DNA from: Macrostomum lignano
Taxonomy: Eukaryota
Direction: 5' to 3'
DNA: 64,000 nucleotides
NCBI GenBank assembly: GCA_002269645.1
Contig: NIVC01000106.1
Coordinates: forward strand, 620,001 to 684,000
The first letter of the stretch is position 1. Each line of letters begins with the position of its first letter. Below, in pieces: positions 25,901-37,484 of the stretch. The notes beneath the pieces are model-generated. The model saw only the letters and a program-made list of their open reading frames with translations. It was not told the origin of the DNA and did no database searches. Both the position numbers and the translations under genes were made by a program.

Positions 25901-28249
25901 GACTCATCCATGCGGATGCAGTGCCTAGGATGGGCTAGAGAGTTGACTCTGGAAAAAAGGTTGCGCAAGAAACTCCTACCCAGGGGTGGAGCGACCTGGC
26001 ACCACCAGTTAATATTTCCACACAGCTTCTGAAGCTTCCGCTTAGTTAACCTCGACTTCAGCTTCATCTGCTGGACGAGGTTGACAGTCAGATCGATCTT
26101 ATCATCGGGCAGGCAAAGAAAAAAGAACTCATGTCGATTTCACACCGAGGTAGGTGACGATCTGGACTGGGGCGCTGCTCTTCTCTCAGTTGATGTCGAA
26201 CCCAAGACGTTGGAGAAGCCCAGTTAAGAACCCATAGGCCTCTTCACACTTGGCTCTGCTGTCAAAAGCAAGGCCAAAGTCGTCCAAATATCCAACGACA
26301 TTGCTAAAGCCAGACCGCTGCATAATTCGGACAATAGCCTGCGAGATTCTATGAAAGATGGAAACGGAGGCAGCGGCGCCAAACATCAGCCGGGTGTCAA
26401 CCAGGTAGCATGGCGAGTCGGCCCCTTTGAATTTCCATTACAGACCGGCCGCCGGGTAGCAAGCAGGGTGAATGCCAACGGAGCGGCAGGCATGCTTCAC
26501 GTCGACTTTAGCCACAAAGCAGCCAGGACGGAGCAGACGATAAACTCCATCGATAGACTGAAGGCGAATGCGATTCTGCTGATGGTAGTGACTGTTGATA
26601 GAATTTCCATACAGAGCGCTGGCGTCATGGATCAGCCGGATTGATGAGCTGTCCTTAGGGATCCACGATCGCTGCTAGCGGGCTGACCTTCGTAGGCTTT
26701 GTGGAAGACTTACATAACGGCCTGTTCTTAGCTCTTCTATAATTTGCTTATCAACGAGCTCTTGGCACGCGAGCGCAGAGTTGTAGTTAGGCTTAAAGCT
26801 TTCACAGAATTTGGTATCACCAGTGATCATAAAGCCGGCACTAATTTCATTTAAGAGAAACTCGGCATCTCTGTCTTTATTAAGATACTTCGACCATTCA
26901 GAAAACGGCATGTCACCACAACTGGATGTAGGAAAATTTTCAGGAATAAAATCGCGGATTGATGAACTATTTACAATGGCGGGTAGTCGGTCATCTAGTT
27001 TTTTGACGCTGAAGCGTGCAGATGACCCGGATGGTCCCTTCTGCAGATGATGCAAATATGCTGAAATTTGCATTCCTCACCGAACATACAGCCAGTGTCG
27101 CGGTTGAAGAGCAGACAGATTTGGCGATTCCTCCTATTCTGACTGGCTGCTTCCTACGTTGCAAGCTGCTGTCTATGGCGTTGAGTCGATTTGGAGCAAG
27201 CAGGTGTGGTGAGAGCAACTGGAAAAACTCGTTGTCCCAGTCGGAAGCTGTCATGATAGAGCAGGACATTACTGACGTCAAAGCCACTATTCAGCAGCTC
27301 GCCTCACTGGCGGTTGTAGGCAGGGTACTCATGCACCCTTGGAGCAGCGCGCGCTTCCCAGTCAATCATCTCGCCAGATTCAATCAGCGACTGGAGAATT
27401 CTCGCATTCGCACTTGTCCACTCGCCGATGCTAATCTGCTCCAGCGGCTTCTGTTTGATATTTGTTCCTTTCCTATTGCTAGTGCTAACATTTCCGAAGT
27501 CTTCGACGAAGTCAGGAATCAGAAGTGGCCCTCTCTTGGTGGGGTCAGCATCTTGCGCCAGGAGGGGAATATTCTCAAGGGCTGAATGAGCTGCACCCCA
27601 ACTAGCAGAAAAAGCAGGCTTACCATCCGTCATAGTGCGCACTAGGATGGCGTCTGGCGTCTTGGCGTCTTGCGCTGAGCTCGGCTGCCAACTCCGCTTC
27701 CTCCTTTTGGAGCCTCAGTAGCCTGATGCGTTCCTCGGTCGCTTCGATCTCATCGCGCAGGTCCTGACCCGTTGTCGAGCGCTGTCAGTTGATTCCTCTC
27801 GTCTGCTGGTTGAGTCGTCTTGTTCAGGGTCTTTGCTTTGTAAAAATTTCAGGCGCGCTAACCAAGTTCGTTTGTTACCAGTAGTTGGCTGGCCAGCCGC
27901 GGAGAGTTGAGCTTTCAATTCTCGGGCAAGGCTAGCTTGGCTAGTTTGGCAAGGCTCAGCCATCGCGCAAAAATTGAGCAGGTGTGCGACACCGAAAACA
28001 GAGCACAAGTTGGGGGTTTAAAATAGCTAGCCACCACGCGACAACCCCCCCCCCCCAACGCTGACGTAACCTCGCCACCCCTAACACACTTTGTACGCGG
28101 CCTATTGCCGCCCATAAAGCACACTTTATATTGACCTCTTTAGGCAGGTAATGTCATAATCGAGTGAATTCTTACTCACCCAGACTACCGGTTAGAAACA
28201 GCAGAATTAAGGTGATATCCGCCAAAGTAGAACGAAATTTGAAGTTCAT
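22926..28249 (-). CDS. Secreted F-type lectin + PAN/apple protein, paralog 2, 273 aa
   Basis: Exons (-): 28249-28180 (signal peptide MNFKFRSTLADITLILLFLTGSL), 23977-23711, 23631-23422, 23200-22926; all phase-1; 822 nt. Intron 1 is inflated to 4.2 kb by a YR retrotransposon. Confidence 0.85.
24009..28136 (-). mobile_element. Tyrosine-recombinase retrotransposon (DIRS order, Ngaro-like), decayed
   Basis: Order on -: ORF1/gag-like (about 27960-27050), RT with FLLNEISAGF and YLDD (about 27070-26100), RNase H (RGELEWW, ESDSS), YR with HSLRRGGAT (about 25330-24450). Many stops and frameshifts. No methyltransferase seen and the pre-RT region resembles Ngaro rather than DIRS1 (from memory). Flanked by TCTTTAGG at 24001-24008 and 28137-28144. 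Confidence 0.85.
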
Positions 28250-28852
28250 TATTTTCAAAAAATTCAAAAACAATTCTGTGAGTCAAAAAGGGCCTATGCA
28301 GCTGGCTGGGCGAGAATGGCGAGGACGTTTTTCGAGGCAGTTATTCCTTTTTAATTATCCAAGCTAATCTGCAGGCTCGTCTGGTTGGAGAAAAAATGTT
28401 GAGAATCGCTACGGTTTCATTGGATGAAAATTTATCCAATTAAACGAATATATAAAAATACGTCAACAGAGACAGCAAGAGTACGTCGTAAGCCGGTGTC
28501 CGCAGCGCAGTCCCCATCCGGAGAGTCCAGGAGGTGGATGGGCGCTCGCTCGGTAGGCCCTAGAATATTTAACAGTTTACCCTCGTAGCGACTTGCATTG
28601 ATTAGGATGATGCATTGTTAAAGTTTAAACAAATCAGGCCCTCGTACCACTAAATTGCTGAATTTAGGTGCTTCAGTGATGATGATTGTGTTTAAAAAGT
28701 TTGCAAGGCAAACCAAAAACATTGTTGCGAGTATAAGGATTGAAATGGCACTGTGATTGACTGACTGTAACAGTTATTAACTTCATGGAGAGAGAAAGGT
28801 TCTTTGGGGATATTAGCCCAAACAGAAGTTCATTTATATGCTTTATTAAACC

Positions 28853-29059
28853 ACTTTCAAGTCCATTTTCTTGGACTTTATGAAGTTGCAAAGTCACGAG
28901 GGATATATGGAAACAGTTGGCAAGAGTAACCTGGCCTGCACCATCTGCGATGTTCCCAAGTTCCTTTCCGTCGATAATGGCACTGCAATGTGCAATTTGG
29001 ACTTCGGAAGTCCGCTTGTACCCGCTCAGCGCAGTGAGACCGAGACTGGCTGTGGTTAG
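28853..29059 (+). pseudogene. Possible relic of a Cys-cluster (KDZ/Zisupton-like) transposase
   Basis: FKSIFLDFMKL...CTICDVPKFLSVDNGTAM resembles the F..F..L...CxxC..P..L..DG pattern of that family as I recall it. Short and unverified. Confidence 0.2.
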
Positions 29060-30213
29060 TGACGCGTTTGCGTATGCTGCTGGCCTCTGTTAATACAGGA
29101 TTTTACTCATAAATTTCGAAACAGTTTTCTTTCCAATGGGACGATAGAACCATTGATCGCCGGGTTTGGTGCTCGGCTGCAGGTACAAGCGCCCCGCACC
29201 AGCCGGACGTTTACCCAGGAATTTTTCATATAGCTTGACATGACATCTTTTTGGGTCAGTTAATTCGAAGTGTCAAACCACTTTTGGTTTTGCTCACCTT
29301 GAAATTTGTGGCCTAGCTCTTGTATTTTTCATTTTCTCAATCAAATACTCAATTTTATATGACTAAAACTGTAAGGCTCCTCCCAACAACTCCGTCTTTT
29401 TACGTCCAGTAAAGTCAAGTTGAAATGGATTCCGGGAATTATCCAGGTAACTTTCAAAAATCTGTGGCTTTAAATAGGTATGCCATAATTTTTCGGTCGA
29501 TATTTCACTTAAATACTTCGATCGTTTCTTCGACCTCAAAACTAAGGCATATCTTATACATGTAACTGATTTTTGCGTAGCTGGGGCACTTATATGCCTT
29601 GTCGCGTCAGTTTGACAAACTTCGGAAAGTCATCAGAATCGAACGACAGGTTTTTTACCAAAAAGTCAAAGGAAGCTTATGAAATGGGTTTAGAAAAGCT
29701 AAGTCCAGATATTGAAAAATACGCAGTAGTTAACAGTGACTGCAGGCTCTAAGTCCAAATTTTAGGTAACAGTTACGAAAAATTTTGGATAGACTACTTA
29801 TAAAGGCAAAATCTTTAGTAGGCTGTTGCGACTGGGTCAGTTGTTAAGATCTAATCTGGAGATTCTGTTGGGAAAATTTGGATCTGACGCGAAAAAAAGT
29901 GTTGTCAATAGCTAAGGTTTTTGACTGATTCAGGATTCGGAACTTCTGAGTGCTACTATCGGTTCGGATATCAAATTCGAATCCAGAACTAACAGTTGTA
30001 TTTTTTAAACCTCAGAAGATTGCGACGGTTGAGAAGAGTTTAACTTTTACAGGTTTTAATTTTTGCCTAGCCAATGAAATCCTTCCAATTCTGTAGGCAG
30101 GACTTAGTCAGCATGCTCAGACACATTTAAACGGCTTTCTGTATTTTAAAAGAATTAACGATTTCCGTAGTAGCTGCAACTCAAGCCAATTCGTCTCGAA
30201 AACAAGCGTCATC

Positions 30214-31295
30214 ATGAACATTATTGGGTTGATTCTCTTGGCTATGTGTCTGCCGATCATTGCAGGTTTGTCTCCCAACATGCTCATTTTATTGTATAAT
30301 TGCATCACTACGGAAATTTCAATGTTTCTACTTTTAATTCAGACTGTCGCAATTTCTTTATGGTACCAAAAAATCTGACCGCAAAGCAGTCGACGAAATA
30401 CCAGACGGAAGACAATCCAAATCTAGTGAACAACGGTGATCGCAGTGGTACCTACGTACCTGGTGTCACCTGCACTCACGCTAGCGGTGATGATCCGGGA
30501 CCTTGGTGGCTGCTGGACATGGGCCAGACTTATCTCATCAGTGGGGTTAACATTTGGAATAGATTGGATAACGACTGCGCGCAGAGATTTACGCACAGTG
30601 GCGTTGGTAAGTGACCTGATGTAGCTGATTTATAAGATAACAGGATTCCTTTAAGTCATTTAACTGTGAAGCTACCAACGTAACAAATCATTACACAGGA
30701 ATCACTTCCGATCTGACGGTGTGGACAGACTTCAGCATCGACCTGCTCGACCCGTGCCACTTCAGGACTGACGTGCCTACAGTCGCGGACAATCCTCTGA
30801 AGTTCACCTGCGCCCGACCAACTTCCGGCAGGTACCTGGCCGTGTACAAGAACCTAACTGGCGTGCCCGATTTACTGACTGGGTTTCACTTCTGCGAGAT
30901 TGACATCTACGCTTGTGAGTGTTGGCCTTGTTCAAAACTAATTGACAAAGAAGGTATTGCTGCTAATTGATAATCACTTTTTTTTCAAAACAGTCACCAA
31001 AGATTCGTCTAAGTTGGTCGTCACCGAGACGCAGGCGAGCTTCTCTGCCTCATCCACTGCTGGCCTGCTGACAGCCTCTGCTCCACATCGGGTCAGATCT
31101 CAGCTGGAATGCACGCTCCTGTGCTCCAGCCATCCGTACTGCCTGTACGCTCTGACGAGAACTACGTCCGCTGTCCTTGAATGTTGGCTATTTTCGTCGT
31201 TCAGCATCCCGACTAGCTTCATCAGCCTGTTTAATAATAGCAGCAACGATGGCGTTCGATTTCTCGGCCTCTACGGCGGTCTCTCGAAGCCATGA
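30214..31295 (+). CDS. Secreted F-type lectin + PAN/apple protein, paralog 3, 277 aa
   Basis: Exons 30214-30265 (MNIIGLILLAMCLPIIA), 30343-30606, 30699-30914, 30994-31295; all phase-1; 834 nt. CTHA...PWWLLDMG...WNRLDNDCAQR...GRYLAV...FCEIDI; PAN-like ECTLLC...C...C. Confidence 0.88.
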
Positions 31296-31394
31296 ATGAG
31301 AGGCTTTTAAAAAAGTCAAAGAAACGCTCAGATGTCAGATTATTTATTAACAACTAATGAGTCATCTGCTCTTATTCAAAAATATATAAATGGA

Positions 31395-31950
31395 AATGCT
31401 GTCTAACACTTCTAATTCTAGCTGTCTAACATTTGATTCTAACTATCTAACATTTCTAATTCCAGCTGTCTAACAATTAATTATAACTATCTAACATTTC
31501 TGATTCTAGCTGTCTAACATTTGATTCTAACTATCTAACAGTTCTGATTCTAGCTGTCTAACATTTGATTCTAACTATCTAACAGTTCTAATTCTAGCTG
31601 TCTAACAATTAATTATAACTATCTAACATTTCTGATTCTAGCTGTCTAACATTTGATTCTAACTATCTAACATTTCTGATTCTAGCTGTCTAACATTCGA
31701 TTCTAACTATCTAACAGTTCTGATTCTAGCTGTCTAACATTTGATTCTAACTATCTAACAGTTCTAATTCTAGCTGTCTAACAATTAATTATAACTATCT
31801 AACATTTCTGATTCTAGCTGTCTAACATTTGATTCTAACTATCTAACATTTCTGATTCTAGCTGTCTAACAATTAATTATAACTATCTAACATTTCTGAT
31901 TCTAGCTGTCTAACATTCGATTCTAACTATCTAAAAGTTCTGATTCTAGC
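31395..31950. repeat. 22-bp minisatellite with 44-bp dimer structure (TCTAACATTTGATTCTAACTA / TCTAACAGTTCTGATTCTAGCTG)
   Basis: Alternating subunits seen directly. Confidence 0.92.
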
Positions 31951-32519
31951 TATTAAAAATGGGACTATGACTTTCTATTGAGTAATTCTAATTCCAGCTA
32001 ACATCGAAAAAGCTGCATTATAAAGCAGACTAGCTGACTAAAGTGTTTTTTCGTCTTCTTTTTTTCTCATCCAAGAATGAATAGCCGTGTTGGCACTCAG
32101 CTTACCTCTTCAGCTGCTTTACAATTGGCCTTCTACAAGAAGGCTTTCTCATTAGCGAATTCCCAGCCGAGAAGGCTGTTGGACCTCCGCACCGTAAACA
32201 TAAGCAAGAGCTCCTAATGCTGAAGCGTTGCCATAACAACCCGCAGACAAGAGAGCCTAAACATAGGCTTGGAAGTTTTCTTCCTTTGCACTTCCAAATC
32301 GCGCGACGGAATGCATAAATATTTGAGCTAATTAAACAGACCTAACTGAGTCTGCCTAACGCGCGGGGTTTAACTCGCCAAGAGGGACTTTGCTGACAAT
32401 CCAACTACGAGCTACAAAATTTTTTTCTCTCCTCTTCGCATCAACTAACGCACAACTACATTGAGAACTGTGTACAAAATTGAGGCTAACAATTTATTGC
32501 CAAAGTTTTTTGTGGGAAT

Positions 32520-33830
32520 AGTCCTACGTCAGTCATTGGGAACAGACCCCGATGTTCAGTAGAACCGTCCTACGTCAGTCATTGGGAACAGACCCCGATG
32601 TTCAGTAGAACTGTCCAATGTCAGTCATTGGAAACAGACTCCGATGTTCAGTAGAACTGTCCAATGTCAGTCATTGGGAACAGACCCCGATGTTCAGTAG
32701 AACCGTCCTACGTCAGTCATTGGGAACAGACCCCGATGTTCAGTAGAACTGTCCAATGTCAGTCATTGGGAACAGACCCCGATGTTCAGTAGAACCGTCC
32801 TACGTCAGTCATTGGGAACAGACCCCGATGTTCAGTAGAACTGTCCAATGTCAGTCATTGGAAACAGACTCCGATGTTCAGTAGAACTGTCCAATGTCAG
32901 TCATTGGAAACAGACCCCGATGTTCAGTAGAACTGTCCAATGTCAGTCATTGGGAACAGACCCCGATGTTCAGTAGAACTGTCCAATGTCAGTCATTGGG
33001 AACAGACCCCGATGTTCAGTAGAACTGTACAATGTCAGTCATTGGAAACAGACTCCGATGTTCAGTAGAACTGTCCAATGTCAGTCATTGGAAACAGACC
33101 CCGATGTTCAGTAGAACTGTCCAATGTCAGTCATTGGGAACAGACCCCGATGTTCAGTAGAACTGTCCAATGTCAGTCATTGGGAACAGACCCCGATGTT
33201 CAGTAGAACTGTCCAATGTCAGTCACTGGGAACAGACTCCGATGTTCAGTAGAACTGTCCTACGTCAGTCATTGGAAACAGACTCCGATGTTCAGTAGAA
33301 CTGTCCTACGTCAGTCATTGGAAACAGACTCCGATGTTCAGTAGAACTGTCCTACGTCAGTCATTGGAAACAGACTCCGATGTTCAGTAGAACCGTCCTA
33401 CGTCAGTCATTGGAAACAGACTCCGATGTTCAGTAGAACTGTCCTACGTCAGTCATTGGAAACAGACTCCGATGTTCAGTAGAACCGTCCTACGTCAGTC
33501 ATTGGAAACAGACTCCGATGTTCAGTAGAACCGTCCTACGTCAGTCATTGGAAACAGACTCCGATGTTCAGTAGAACTGTCCTACGTCAGTCATTGGAAA
33601 CAGACTCCGATGTTCAGTAGAACCGTCCAATGTCAGTCATTGGGAACAGACCCCGATGTTCAGTAGAACCGTCCAATGTCAGTCATTGGGAACAGACCCC
33701 GATGTTCAGTAGAACCGTCCAATGTCAGTCATTGGGAACAGACCCCGATGTTCAGTAGAACTGTCCAATGTCAGTCATTGGGAACAGACCCCGATGTTCA
33801 GTAGAACTGTCCAATGTCAGTCATTGGGAA
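32520..33830. repeat. 46-bp tandem satellite, about 28 copies
   Basis: Period 46 (GTCCTACG at 32521 and 32567); unit TCAGTCATTGGGAACAGACCCCGATGTTCAGTAGAACTGTCCAATG; no unique spacers. Confidence 0.97.
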
Positions 33831-33840
33831 TCATTGGCGA

Positions 33841-33872
33841 TCTTTTAATGTGAAGACTAAATTTATTGCATG
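33841..33872 (+). other. Spliced-leader (SL) exon-like sequence at the 5' end of the LINE
   Basis: TCTTTTAATGTGAAGACTAAATTTATTGCATG matches 28/32 nt of the 3' part of the Macrostomum lignano SL as I recall it (TCTCTTACTGCGAAGACTCAATTTATTGCATG). It ends in ATG like flatworm SLs and is not followed by a GT donor. Confidence 0.7.
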
Positions 33873-36032
33873 TAAATGCCGCTACCTCTAAGTGGTCAGG
33901 CGGTGAGCCGCTCTTAACTGCTGCGGCGGCCAACAGCGGCAGGACCAAGCGGGGGCAGCGAAGCGAGCGTCGGCGTGAGCGAAATCGACGCGGTCGGCAA
34001 CGTGGTGCTGCCCGTCGAGCTGCTGCCGCTCTGGCCCATATTGATCCTTTGGGTGGTGCCAGGGACCGAGAGGCTCATTTACATCGAGCCCCAGCTGTAC
34101 CACAGGGCACGCTTCGGGTCGGGACGCTGAATCGCCGCACTCTCAAGGCCGCCTGGCGGAGAGGGGCTCTGGCAAAGCTAGCGCACGACCTAAGCTGTGA
34201 CGTCTTCGCATTGCAGGAGGTATCTATCAGGGCTGATACGGGGCTTCACTGTGAGGATCTGGGCGCCGGATGGACCCTTTAATATACATCAGCAGACCAA
34301 CGAGGCCGTAGAGGAGTTGGAGCGCTGGTCGGACCGAGGCTGCAGCAGAGCTGTCACTGCGTCTCTCTGTCCCCTCGGCTGCTCCGGGTCGACGTTCGGC
34401 TTCGCGGCCGGAACGCTCGCCTGTTCTGTGCGTACGCGCCTCCTGCCAAACGCCCTGACGAGGCTCAAGAATTCTTTGAGCAGCTCTCGGTACAGTTGGA
34501 GGAAACGGCGCAGCGTGATACATTGATAATCCTCGACCTGAACGCGGTTTAGCGTAGGTCCGAGTGGTCACTGTTCGTCACACCGCGTGAGAACGGCAAC
34601 ACCGGAGCGCTGGAGGACTTCCTAGAGAGGCAGGACATGGTGTCGGCCAACACCCGCTTCCGCAAGACGCTAGGCAGGCTCGCAAATTTTTTTGGGCTGC
34701 AAGCGCAGGCGGCGGAAAGCGCGTGGCCGGAATGCAAAACGGAGGCAGGCACAGCTCGATCATGTGCTGGTGCGCTTCCTCGAGCGCCGCCGCGTCGTCA
34801 ATTGCCGCGCCATCACGCCGCTTGCTCTGCGGTCCGATCATCGACTCCTCGTCTGCGACCTTCGTCGTCGTCACAATCCGCTCTATCGTCCACCGAAGCG
34901 GCCACCGCGGCGCTACTACCGCGCGCTCAGGGACGCCAACACGCACAGCCGCTTTGCTAGCGCTTTCATCACTGCGCTCGGCGGCAAGCGTGGAGGTGCC
35001 GAGTACGCCGAGGTGTGCGCTGCAGTTCGAGCCGCCGCGGAACAAGCAGTCCCGCTCTAGACCGGCCTAGAGTGAGCAGCCGGTATGGCAATACGACCCC
35101 ACGATTCGGCAAGCGAGGGAAGAGCTGGAGCGACTCCGTTTGAGCAGGCGACCAACCCGCGAGGCAGAGGAGGCCTTGGCGGCTGCCCATTTACAGCACA
35201 AGCAGGCTGCTGTTGATGACACCATTCGGGCCGTCTCTGCCGCTGGGCCTGATGCCAGAGGCCGCGTGGTCTGGTCGGCTATCAATGCTCTGACAGGGCG
35301 AAAGCGGTGCATTCCGCTAAACCTGGCAGGCGACTCTGCGGACGAGCGCAGGAAAGAGCTGCGTGAATTCTTCGCCACCATTGTCAACGCGCTGCCACCA
35401 CCGCTGCCAGAGAGTCTGACGCTGCCGCCGGAGATGCCGTTGCCCGCAGAGGAGAGCTTCAGCCTAGCACCAGTCAGCACAGCCGACGTTGTGAGGCTCG
35501 CCCAACAGTCACAGGGCGGGAAAGCGCTGGGTCCAGACGAGGTGCGCATCGAGGCGCTGCGCATCCACTGTGTGGTCAGTGAGGTCGTCAGAGTGATGAA
35601 TCGCGTGCTCTTCGGTGAGGAGGCACCCAATGAATGGACCACGGTGCACATCGTCGCAGTTCCTAAGAAGCCGGGCACCACGAGGCTTGATGAGCATCGA
35701 GGTACCTGCCTTCAGTCCTGCGCTGCGAAGTTGTTCAACCGGATGCTGTTATCGCGGTTGCAGCCCGTGCTGGATCCGTACCTGCGTCCTGAGCAAAACG
35801 GCTTCCGGCCCCATCGCAGCACTGTGACACAAATCCTGGCTCTTTGGCGAGTCATCGAGGAAGCATGAATACGCCAGTCGATCCTGATTGTTGTCTTCAT
35901 ATATTAGATTTCAAGAAGGCATTCGACTCGGTCGTCAGGTCTGTGCTCCCAAAGGTGCTCCGTGCGTACAACGTGCCAGAGCTGCTCATTTCCGCCATCA
36001 TGGCGATGTACCATGATACGAAAGCTGCTGTT

Positions 36033-36337
36033 TGTGGCGGCCAGACTGTGCGACCGGCAGCACCAGTGCAGCCGCACTGGAAACCCCCCCCCCCGCGTAC
36101 CTCTGTCTAGCTGAGGTGGGGTGGTGGCGCACCGCGCTAGCCGGCTCGCTAAGCCAGGGGGGTTGGCGTAGCCAATCACGCCACGCCACATGTGCGCACC
36201 TCCCTCGGCCACTCAATAATCTCGCTATGCATATAATGTATGTATAAATATTAATGTATGTATAAATATACGCGCAATGCAGTGCAACATCTTTGCTGCC
36301 ATTCCATCTATTGAACTAATTAAGGCCTTCCGCCTCA
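36033..36337 (+). repeat. 5' LTR (305 bp)
   Basis: Differs from the 3' LTR by 1 substitution, poly-C length (11 vs 9) and one 18-bp unit. Confidence 0.92.
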
Positions 36338-37163
36338 TTGGTGAGCCCGACTCCCAGCGCGGAACGCTGGGCCTACCTGGTCGGCCCTGTGCGGTCCTGG
36401 CAGCCAACCGCCTTGGCCGACTGCAACGGCAGCACCGCAGCCCAGCAGCTCTGCAGCACAGCAGCCCAGCAGCACCGCAGCCCAGCAGCACCGCAGCCCA
36501 GCAGCCACAGCAGTACCCCGCAGCAACAATCGGCCAAGTCAGCCCGCCCCCCGGTAGCTCCTGGGGTCTCGCCTTTCGGCCCCGCGTTGGACCAACCAGC
36601 GCCACACGCTGCAACAAATTTTAGGTTAGCACCGCTGCTGCTAGCCTAACGTCCCCAGCCTCTGTGCAGGAGCTTCGACCCGGCTCACGGCGGCAACTGA
36701 CTGTCGATTGCTTCGGGTGTGGTCCGGCCGCGCGCCCCGGCTGCTTTCCGCGCCCGCCTGGCGCCCTGCCGCCACCTTCGGCGCCCGCCTGGCGCCCTGC
36801 TGCTGCCTTCGGCTCCCGCCTGGCGCCTTGCTGCTGCCTTCGGCGACCGTCTGGCGCCCTGCTGCTGCCATCGGCACCCTGCTGCCTTCGGCGCCCGCCC
36901 GGCGCCCGCTCGGCGACCTGCTGCCATCGGCGCTCGCCTCCGCGCCCCTGCTGCCATCGGCGCTCGCCTCCGCGCCCCTGCCGCCTGCGGCGCCCGCCTC
37001 CGCCTAGCGCCCCTGCCGCCTTCGGCGTCCAGCTGATTTCGGCGCCCGCTCTTCTGCAGCTCCGCGGTCTTCGGCGCCCGGCTTTCGGCGCCCGCTCCTC
37101 GGCACTCTCGCTGCCTCGGCTACCACCCGACGTTCGGGGCCTAGCTCGGTGCTGGGGGAGCTG

Positions 37164-37484
37164 TGTGGCGGCCAGACTGTGCGACCGGCAGCACCAGTGC
37201 AGCCGCACTGGAAACCCCCCCCCGCGTACCTCTGTCTAGCTGAGGTGGGGTGGTGGCGCACCGCGCTAGCCGGCTCGCTAAGCCAGGGGGGTTGGCGTAG
37301 CCAATCACGCCACGCCACATGTGCGCACCTCCCTCGGCCCCTCAATAATCTCGCTATGCATATAATGTATGTATAAATATTAATGTATGTATAAATATTA
37401 ATGTATGTATAAATATACGCGCAATGCAGTGCAACATCTTTGCTGCCATTCCATCTATTGAACTAATTAAGGCCTTCCGCCTCA
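37164..37484 (+). repeat. 3' LTR (321 bp)
   Basis: Direct repeat of 36033-36337 with one extra 18-bp TTAATGTATGTATAAATA unit. Confidence 0.92.

Larger units (their letters stand above)
36033..37484 (+). mobile_element. Non-autonomous LTR retroelement (TRIM-like), 1452 bp, nested in the LINE RT
   Basis: LTR1 36033-36337 and LTR2 37164-37484, both TG...CA; 4-bp TSD TGTT (36029-36032, 37485-37488); PBS TGGTGAGCCCGAC at 36339; purine tract GGGGGAG at 37154-37160; 826-bp GC-rich interior without pol. Confidence 0.92.

Noticed and set aside
32520-33830. 46-bp repeat array as a CRISPR array
   Set aside because: Units are head-to-tail with no unique spacers, there are no cas genes, and the context is eukaryotic.
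33873-34000. HDV-like or hammerhead ribozyme at the LINE 5' end or in the SINEs
   Set aside because: No CTGATGA...GAAA core or nested pseudoknot could be identified by eye.
33866-37345. Numerous overlapping sense and antisense ORFs in the LINE/LTR region
   Set aside because: Expected by-product of very high GC content and internal tandem repeats; no independent domain signatures.
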